Part shown: one piece after another, positions 58,401-64,000 of the stretch
Numbering within the stretch: position 1 is the first letter of the stretch
Layout of the letters: each line of letters opens with the position of its first letter
DNA from: an uncultured bacterium
Lineage (GTDB): Bacteria > Muiribacteriota > UBA6191
Assembly (NCBI GenBank): GCA_964539825.1
Contig: CAZIKF010000005.1
Location: forward strand, 84,271-148,270
Direction of reading: 5' to 3'
Length of the DNA: 64,000 nt
The notes under the pieces: model-generated
Told to the model about the DNA's origin: nothing
The model's input: only the letters and a program-made list of their open reading frames with translations
Databases searched by the model: none
Position numbers and translations under genes: made by a program

Positions 58401-59911
58401 TCCAATTCAAGGGTGGGCGCCTCCTCCTCAATACCGGGATCAAAATCCAGGCTTTCCTCGGAGTAATCCTCAAGGGATAAAGTGTCTTCAAATCCCCCGG
58501 CAACTGCTTCTTGAGCATCGTCCTGCGCCTCCATTTCAGGGGTGGGTGGCTCTTCCTCAATAACGGGATCAAAATCCAGGCTTTCTTCGGAGTAATCCTC
58601 AAGGGACAAAGAATCTTCAAATTCACCCGCAACTGCTTCTTGGGGCGCAGATTCAATTTCATCAAACTCGAGCGCGGGCTCCTCTTGTGCAACACCCGTT
58701 GGGGAGTCATGAATATCGTCTAAGGGCAGCTCAAAATCTGTAGTCTCATCTAGAGAAAGAACATCCTCTTCTTCAGTTTGGGATTCGGGCTCCTGAATCT
58801 CAGGGGATAACTGCTCCCCCTCTTGCTCTTCATTAAAATCTAAGACATCTTCCAGGTCCTCTTCTTCAGAAAATTCAGAAGATCCTTCTTCCATAGATAC
58901 TGGAGGAGTCTCTTCGTCAGAGGAACCCAGGTCAAATTCTGGAACTTCCTCTATGTCTTCTTCTTCCGCCGGCTCATCTCCTTGGAAGTTCAGGTCAAAA
59001 TCTGAGGAGTCATCGGTGGGCTCTGGCAGGGAAATATCAGAGGAGTCCTGCTCCAGGCTATCTTCCATTCCTGGAAAATCACTATCCAGCGAAAATTCCC
59101 CATCGCCAACCTCAGCGTCAATCTCAATGATATCAGGATCACCCAGGTCCCCAGGCTCCTCTTCGGCGTCAAAGTCGAGTGTAGGCTCCTCAAAAGCAGC
59201 CTCATCCTCATCTTCCATAATCGGCTCTATAGAGGATACTTCTACTTCACTTTCTTCAGCAGCCACAGGAACTGTATCTGACTCCGATATCACTGCCTCG
59301 GAGTCATCAATGGATTCCGCAATCTCCTCCACCGCGAGAATTTCCGAAGTTTCCATCCATTCAGAAACTGTATCCAGAGATTTGCCAACCACTTCCGCAA
59401 CGGCAACCACTTCATTGGAGGCTGTATCAGGAAGGGGAGCTAAAGGACTTGGTTCCAAGTCTGGTATCGCCATCAGATCCGGTATTTCCACAGTGGGTGG
59501 CCCTGCGGCATCAAAAAGCGGAAATCCCTGTTCCTCTGATGATCCTGGATCTCCAAAGGCAGGGGGTCCCATCGCGGGTGGTGGACCCGCGTCATCAAAA
59601 CTTGGTGGAGCCGAGGAGGGGGCCAGGGAAGGCACTTCTCCCGCTCCGGGACTGAATGGATCAAAGGCAGGTTCTGCCTGTTGGGGGATCTGTGGATCTG
59701 AACTCGAAGGTAAGGGCAGCCCGCCCGGCGCTATAGGTATTGGTTTATCGCCCGCGCTTGGAGGAGGGGCTGGCACCTGTGGAGGGGGGGAAGCCAGAGA
59801 AGGCGGTGAGTCACTGGCTACACCCAGTCCTTCCTCACCAAAGGGATTAAAGTCCCCATCCCCACCAAAGGGGTTAGCCTCTTCGTTTCTCATCCACTGC
59901 CCTTCAGACAT
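55433..59911 (-). CDS. Giant extremely acidic repeat protein (1492 aa) with a Pro-rich N-terminus, about 41-aa D/E-rich tandem repeats and a C-terminal helical (TPR-like) domain
   Basis: N-terminus PPSLASPPPQVPAPPPSAG. At least 4 tandem repeats of EAVAGGFEDTLSLEDYSEESLDFDPGIEEE(A/V)P(T/S)LE(L/M)EG(R/Q)DD(T/A)Q, matching the roughly 123-bp DNA repeats at 58160-58670. No TM segment. C-terminal about 450 aa is helical and Leu-rich. Confidence 0.65.
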   Translation of the reverse strand: MSEGQWMRNEEANPFGGDGDFNPFGEEGLGVASDSPPSLASPPPQVPAPPPSAGDKPIPIAPGGLPLPSSSDPQIPQQAEPAFDPFSPGAGEVPSLAPSSAPPSFDDAGPPPAMGPPAFGDPGSSEEQGFPLFDAAGPPTVEIPDLMAIPDLEPSPLAPLPDTASNEVVAVAEVVGKSLDTVSEWMETSEILAVEEIAESIDDSEAVISESDTVPVAAEESEVEVSSIEPIMEDEDEAAFEEPTLDFDAEEEPGDLGDPDIIEIDAEVGDGEFSLDSDFPGMEDSLEQDSSDISLPEPTDDSSDFDLNFQGDEPAEEEDIEEVPEFDLGSSDEETPPVSMEEGSSEFSEEEDLEDVLDFNEEQEGEQLSPEIQEPESQTEEEDVLSLDETTDFELPLDDIHDSPTGVAQEEPALEFDEIESAPQEAVAGEFEDSLSLEDYSEESLDFDPVIEEEPPTPEMEAQDDAQEAVAGGFEDTLSLEDYSEESLDFDPGIEEEAPTLELEGRDDTQEAVAGGFEDTLSVEDYSEESLDFDPGIEEEVPSLEMEGQDDAQEEVGGGFEDSLSLEDYSEESLEIDPDLEMVDQSFEIDAADPLAGQETEGVGDIPAPMEQAYDELLDFDSVGGQEDGLQEEGTGRTDDEIEISLDASPGDLAGIDLGIEGEESALEVQDAEPQPVEEAIDADSSLEELSTDLSGFDLDLGGEEDSLEEESTQSLVDDDSSTELESSDRDGSEISQDDTQEDLSAIDFGFDTEEEPLEYESQQEASEVEEQPSDEAIEIQEAFDESEGIEISDFGGIDLSAGLELDDNGEPKEESVLKATEKKDEGESNFIPELKEKEEEDSESPDDFDLSSLEGGIDLESDHEEDRETSSTSPDEIDLGGDFASQTPDDDTQSLDPFTSTLEEEVPEDEKDLAQFIEQEQLIEKMEERNKEFEVSEPAAGLPLKVADTTELIPVDQLDVPLDSSSEKSRTESTPQQHSLPAGLLSALEESAYLLEDGFVQPSVEMVKTSDGPLESVQTPKNLHAPETFIGTKRQSPESLTAESFNVGDWDTYLSRNSGDFRDLKKKLSTVFLENKDLLPDLMGYCEYTGLDGKNSASTYVLSEIHKEIGESLAVISLKMECLSQLENQPANELLICLELREYLPLDEDMVGRIAKLYRELNLLEEREGFLVSVLAQYQDFSRLDLAQKLFEHGCSEGLQSRNFLSVGAEIYRSLDQHVRVLELLKQIEEKYGLESNLVLMRAEILEAQGSLEAALEQYKQGLSQTEEPVKTMERIVLLLQRMKRVDQLSGFLNQLLSLDPDNVVGQGISLSLKEGSGGSPSSSQFDVGRLERRIEELLDSKLATLMRGGVRGSLATPGAGGYATPTERVVPPVHQSLDPGIQDPFHKDLTRAVEELPVIEPAIQTEFVPPTSMVNNHSTQGLGSNASQIGETLDQSGILRFLKDAQEKLSVPSKLSLEEAQSLKEEALKHAQNLKDPVLGFFWASELSRL

Positions 59912-60027
59912 CCGGAAGTTGGAAACTTGAGCAACCCCCGAAACCCCCTATTAAGATTGTATTCCATAGAGATTTTTCGGTCAAAGACAAAGCTTTTTTG
60001 ACAAAGTGAATTATGGATTTTCACTGT

Positions 60028-60357
60028 TTATTGATCTGGAATGGCACTATTTTGTCCAAGTATCTCTAAAATCTTCTCCAGGGAATCATCGGGCGAACTC
60101 TTATTTCTTTGAATTTTACCGCACTGGAGACACTCATGATGAATGATTGATTCCACCTGGGTAACATCTACAAAAACTGGCTTCATTAAACTACCGCATT
60201 CTGAAGACCGGTCTCCGGGATTCACATCTAAGTGCATCGAATACAGACACTGGTTGCAATGGTTCCTACAACTTCCATGCTGATGTTGTGGAACTTTGGC
60301 AGAGCAATGTAGGCAAGTGAACCCCTCATTGAGGTGAAGAAATCTCTTTTTCCTCAC
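60028..60357 (-). CDS. RNHCP-domain Cys-rich protein
   Basis: CLHCSAKVPQHQHGSCRNHCNQC...CLQCGK, with the R-N-H-C motif and zinc-ribbon-like Cys pairs. Confidence 0.5.
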   Translation of the reverse strand: MRKKRFLHLNEGFTCLHCSAKVPQHQHGSCRNHCNQCLYSMHLDVNPGDRSSECGSLMKPVFVDVTQVESIIHHECLQCGKIQRNKSSPDDSLEKILEILGQNSAIPDQ

Positions 60358-62002
60358 TATCGTCTCCGGGGATCTCTGGCTCTGTTCCTGGGATTGATAT
60401 GAACCTTATCCGCTTTAAAATCCTGCCTCGGAGGGGAGCAAATAGCTCCGGCTCAGAATTTGCCAATTTTTCCAGCTCATTAAGCCAGAGAACAAGGATG
60501 GGATTCCTTTCCTTGCTACTGGGTTGACTATGCTTTTCGGCAAATGCCAATAAGCCTAGCTCTACATTAATTAGTGATCTTTGAATACTGGGATCGCGTG
60601 TTTTCTGCCATTCAAGATAGAATCTTCGATAATAACGAAACCCAGACTTCCCTCCTTTGGAAAACTTGGAACGAGTCTTCTTTTTCATATGGGAATAGAT
60701 CGTCTCAGAATCAGGCTTCCCCCAACCATGCCCTGTATCCCACCCTCGGGCTCCCAGGTCTACGGCAGACTCTTTAAGTACCTCATAGACTTCCTGAAAA
60801 CTCATATAGGGATCCATTTGTCTTAAGAGGGCGGTGAGTCCGGCTACGTAGGGTGTCGCCATAGAAGTCCCGCTCATGGGACCAAGTAGTGTTTTGTTTC
60901 CAAATTTTTTCAGAGAATACACTCTGTAGCCCGGAGCCATGAAATCTGGCTTCTTACTCTTAGCCGTACCCATACCGCTAAAATAAGCTCGTTTGCTATC
61001 CTTCAGGGCACCTACGGTAATCACCTGGGAAGTAGAACCAGGAAAAAGAATCGAACCTTCCCCCTTTTTCCCATCATTACCGGCGGCAAAAATGGGAAGT
61101 ATTCCCAATTCGGCCCACCTATTAAGGGCTTCTTCAAATAATTGGCGCGTGATGGGAAATTTTTGAGGAAAACCCCAGGAATTATTAATAATCGCAGGGT
61201 AATCATCGGTAGATGGGTCTCCATCCGGATCTACCATCCATTGCATTGCATTCAGAATTCTCGACGCGAATGCTTCAATTCTTTGCTGAACCTCCGTGGT
61301 CGAACCTGATTTTGAGACTGGTTCTAAAACCCTGGCAACAACCAGCTCAGATTCCGGTGCTACGCCCAGAATCCGTTCTTTATAGGACCCTCCCGCCAGG
61401 GTTCCAGCTACGTGTGTACCATGCCCTACAGGATCAACTGGACCCGCCGCCGGTTTTGCTGTGAAATCTCGGTAGGCACTAATTCTTTTCCCAAAAGCTA
61501 CGTGTTCAATAATACCGGTGTCTATGATTCCGATTTTTACACCCTGCCCGCGTAGGCCTTCAGCGTGGAGTGTAGATACACCTTTACGATTTTCATCTGA
61601 AAGAATCCCAGCACCACCAGAATCATCCGTGGACAGAACCACCTTTTCATCAGGGTAAATTTCTTCAACCCCGGCTATGAGTTTTAGTTTTTCAGTGTAA
61701 TCAGAGCGGCAAACCACACTAGCTGAGTTGATCAACCACAGTTCATTGACTGAACGAATCGGGACTGATCGTGGAGCTCGCGGGCCGCTTAAAGATTTAG
61801 GCTCCAGGGATCGGAATGCCTTCAATAAGGGAGCGAGACTAGCCTTACCCTGTTCCTTGATTGAGCGAGTAATTCCATTTTTCCCAGGAGATCTGGGTGC
61901 CTGAACCTTTTTCATGCGCACGAGAAAACTCTGGTATAACCCATCCGCGAAGGAAGCGGAACACAACGCGAGACCAAGGAAGAGAACAAATTTACCAATC
62001 AT
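60326..62002 (-). CDS. Subtilisin-like serine protease (peptidase S8), secreted
   Basis: Signal peptide MIGKFVLFLGLALCSASFA. Catalytic triad regions GIIDTGI (Asp), HGTHVAGT (His), GTSMATPYVAG (Ser). Confidence 0.8.
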   Translation of the reverse strand: MIGKFVLFLGLALCSASFADGLYQSFLVRMKKVQAPRSPGKNGITRSIKEQGKASLAPLLKAFRSLEPKSLSGPRAPRSVPIRSVNELWLINSASVVCRSDYTEKLKLIAGVEEIYPDEKVVLSTDDSGGAGILSDENRKGVSTLHAEGLRGQGVKIGIIDTGIIEHVAFGKRISAYRDFTAKPAAGPVDPVGHGTHVAGTLAGGSYKERILGVAPESELVVARVLEPVSKSGSTTEVQQRIEAFASRILNAMQWMVDPDGDPSTDDYPAIINNSWGFPQKFPITRQLFEEALNRWAELGILPIFAAGNDGKKGEGSILFPGSTSQVITVGALKDSKRAYFSGMGTAKSKKPDFMAPGYRVYSLKKFGNKTLLGPMSGTSMATPYVAGLTALLRQMDPYMSFQEVYEVLKESAVDLGARGWDTGHGWGKPDSETIYSHMKKKTRSKFSKGGKSGFRYYRRFYLEWQKTRDPSIQRSLINVELGLLAFAEKHSQPSSKERNPILVLWLNELEKLANSEPELFAPLRGRILKRIRFISIPGTEPEIPGDDSEEKEISSPQ

Positions 62003-62063
62003 ATCTATTAGTATCTACGCAATAAAGAGGATGGAAGTTGCCGACCTGAGGTTGAGACTTGAT

Positions 62064-62594
62064 TCATTTCTCTTTCGCCCTTCTCTCGGAGGTCCCTAAT
62101 TGGCCATGCTCAGCCAAAAAATCCTTTGCCTCATTGGAAACCATCGAGGAAGAATCTTCTCCCAGGGGCACTACAAGAGAATAGAATTCGCTTCTTCTTG
62201 AATAATCCCGCAAAAATACCAATGTCTGGTATCGATTATAGGAATATGCATCTTTCAGTGCTATGGGAATGAGCCAATCCACGTTTTCCCCCGGCGAAAG
62301 GTAACACCCCTCCAGGGCTGCACGACGAAGCGAGGTGTCAGACTCTCTTAAAACCTGACCAAGAAACACATCCTCCGGCAGGCAGGTGAGTGCGCAATAA
62401 CGCTCCATAGCAGCAGAACGCTGGTACCAATTTAGGTTTCTATCCAGAACAAAGCCTCGAAGAGACTCGTGATTCTTGCGTTTGAACTCTTCGAGAATTT
62501 CCCGGTCAACCTTCACGTATGAATAGTAGAAGAGTCCCCAGCATAGGAAGAGGAACAGCAAGATTGCGGGTAAGATAAGGAGTGCCCTATACAA
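62064..62594 (-). CDS. Hypothetical membrane-anchored protein
   Basis: N-terminal TM LILPAILLFLFLCWGLFYY. No motif. Confidence 0.4.
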   Translation of the reverse strand: MYRALLILPAILLFLFLCWGLFYYSYVKVDREILEEFKRKNHESLRGFVLDRNLNWYQRSAAMERYCALTCLPEDVFLGQVLRESDTSLRRAALEGCYLSPGENVDWLIPIALKDAYSYNRYQTLVFLRDYSRRSEFYSLVVPLGEDSSSMVSNEAKDFLAEHGQLGTSERRAKEK

Positions 62595-62628
62595 AATTAC
62601 CTATAAAACACTATAATTTGTATGAGTT

Positions 62629-63567
62629 ATGTTTTTCGTATTGTTCTTTCTGGTTCTACTCTTTCCCCGGGCTGATTGTCACTTCTTTCTGCTAAAGGAG
62701 CTTGAAGCACCCCCTGGAAGCCTCACTTTAGCACAACTTGGCCACCTTAGCTGCTCGGACCCCGGTACTCAAAAGGCATATAAAACCATAGCCGAAAAGA
62801 TGAGATTAGCCACTATCTTTCCGAGCTCACCACCAATCCTATGGAATCGCGGTTACCTGCTAAAGAAGTGGGAACAGTTTCATCGCGAAAAACCCATCTT
62901 AATTGCGGGGGCACAGGAAATTCAAATTCGACCCTCCGCAGTGACAGTTAGCCGCGATGAGTTTCGAGCGCTAGTTGAAGAGGAAATCTTGAAGTCACTG
63001 CCACAAGACCTGGACTACAAAATCCAGATTAGAGATTTTCCATCCAAAATTGACCTACCTGGTGATCAGTACAGAATTGAGTTCCTCACCGATCGAATCT
63101 CAAGAGGCCATCTACGTGTGAAATTTTTCCATGAGGATCGTTTACTCAAACAATTCTTTCTGAACTTCAAGGTACTTACTCGGCAGGGAGTATTTAAGAC
63201 TACAACCCCGCTAATGAGGGGAGAAAGCCTGGATCCAAAAAGGCTGCGAATTGAAGAGGAATTCATATCTATCCAGGAACGTCCCCTATCAACCTCAAAA
63301 TTTCTGGAAATTCCTGAGATGAAGGTGAAGAGAAATCTCCCCGCAGGCACGATTGTGAAAGCGCGGGATGTGGAGTTTAAGACCATAGTCAAGATCCGTC
63401 AAAGGCTCAAAGGCATTCTTAAAAATGGCTCTCTTAGAATCGACATGCAGGTCATCTCCCTAAGAAACGGGAAAAAGGGGGACTCCATAGAGGTACAGTC
63501 CCTTGATACGAAAAAGAAATTCCAGGCAATCGTTATCGATTCACGGACTGTTAAGCTCATTCTCTGA
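62629..63567 (+). CDS. flgA: Flagellar basal-body P-ring formation chaperone FlgA-like (SAF domain)
   Basis: Signal-like N-terminus. C-terminal LPAGTIVKARDVEFKTIV...RIDMQVISLRNGKKGDSIEVQSLDTKKKFQAIVIDSRTVKL fits the FlgA/CpaB SAF-domain pattern (G-x-I-x-V-x-N ... G-x-V). Confidence 0.5.
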   Translation: MFFVLFFLVLLFPRADCHFFLLKELEAPPGSLTLAQLGHLSCSDPGTQKAYKTIAEKMRLATIFPSSPPILWNRGYLLKKWEQFHREKPILIAGAQEIQIRPSAVTVSRDEFRALVEEEILKSLPQDLDYKIQIRDFPSKIDLPGDQYRIEFLTDRISRGHLRVKFFHEDRLLKQFFLNFKVLTRQGVFKTTTPLMRGESLDPKRLRIEEEFISIQERPLSTSKFLEIPEMKVKRNLPAGTIVKARDVEFKTIVKIRQRLKGILKNGSLRIDMQVISLRNGKKGDSIEVQSLDTKKKFQAIVIDSRTVKLIL

Positions 63568-63624
63568 TCGAGAATAGTAGCTCAAAACCTCGATAACAAG
63601 AGCCAATCCTGTAGGACTGGTTTC

Positions 63625-64000
63625 TTACCTGGAAGACTCTGGATACAATTCCTGGAATAAATTTGTGCGCTTCTTCAGGTGGGAGTTCTGCGGCTTCAGG
63701 ACAGAATCAACTCTTGTGCGGTAGGCTGGGAAATAAAGCAATATACTCTCATGAATCTGATGAGGCATAACCTCTTCAATCACCCACGTATCTCGGATAG
63801 GCTGTAAAAAGGAACGAGTCATTTTTACTACAACCTTTCCATCTTGATTTCGTAATTTGAAAAGCGTATTTCGTCCGAGTCCAGCCTTATGAACAATTCC
63901 ACCAAAGGGTAGGTGAGTCAGTGCGGAGGTATCGAATTTCTGAAGTGAACCGATGGACTGACCATCAGGACTTTCTAAAAGATAGGACTGTAACGAACCC
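63625..64000 (-). CDS. Hypothetical protein; the N-terminus probably lies beyond the window end
   Basis: The reading frame stays open upstream of the track's Met (…GGIVHKAGLGRNTLFKLRNQDGKVVVKMTRSFLQPIRDTWVIEE…) to position 64000. Confidence 0.4.
   Translation of the reverse strand, partial: GSLQSYLLESPDGQSIGSLQKFDTSALTHLPFGGIVHKAGLGRNTLFKLRNQDGKVVVKMTRSFLQPIRDTWVIEEVMPHQIHESILLYFPAYRTRVDSVLKPQNSHLKKRTNLFQELYPESSR

Noticed and set aside
58160-58670. Regularly spaced roughly 123-bp direct repeats that could be mistaken for a CRISPR or other array
   Set aside because: They are in-frame coding repeats of the giant acidic protein (41-aa protein repeats). The spacer-like parts are also conserved, and there is no cas gene or leader.

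Overview
This 64 kb window is densely coded chromosomal DNA from a diderm, flagellated bacterium with sigma-54-type regulation. Estimated GC is about 45-50%, and I cannot assign a taxon from the sequence. The cleanest landmark is a complete one-piece tmRNA (ssrA, about 10345-10696). It has an alanine-type G.U acceptor stem, a tag reading frame ending ...ADDELAMAA*, and an intrinsic terminator. Directly next to it is a roughly 63 bp tandem duplication that re-copies the last ten codons of a convergent, genuine lexA.

The most unusual gene content is the minus-strand block at 11.5-17 kb upstream of lexA. It has a 1228-aa protein that joins a polytopic membrane Cys-cluster (NapH/CcoG/NosR-like polyferredoxin) module to an FHA domain and a C-terminal cyclic-nucleotide-binding domain. 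It is followed by a 580-aa ferredoxin-NADP-reductase-like flavoprotein with a C-terminal plant-type 2Fe-2S ferredoxin and an uncharacterised roughly 190-aa N-terminal domain.

Other content:
- A glycosyltransferase / Wzy-like exopolysaccharide operon (1.3-6 kb).
- A cysK-like / cystathionine gamma-synthase / clpP cluster.
- A 3091-aa all-TPR protein.
- rimO followed by four uncharacterised genes, two of them coiled-coil HTH proteins.
- A cytoplasmic histidine kinase divergent from an NtrC-type sigma-54 activator.
- A sugar-modification cluster: GT4, B12-binding radical SAM, NAD-epimerase, alkaline-phosphatase-family enzyme.
- panB, an orphan membrane histidine kinase, a 1492-aa extremely acidic tandem-repeat protein, an S8 subtilase, and a flgA-like gene.

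A roughly 120-130 bp intergenic repeat family occurs in at least three places: 41961-42090, 45955-46082, and a diverged copy at 52596-52700. I found no CRISPR array, integrase, transposase or tRNA. Several ORF-track starts are longest-ORF artefacts (TTG/GTG) and were trimmed where an RBS and ATG were visible.
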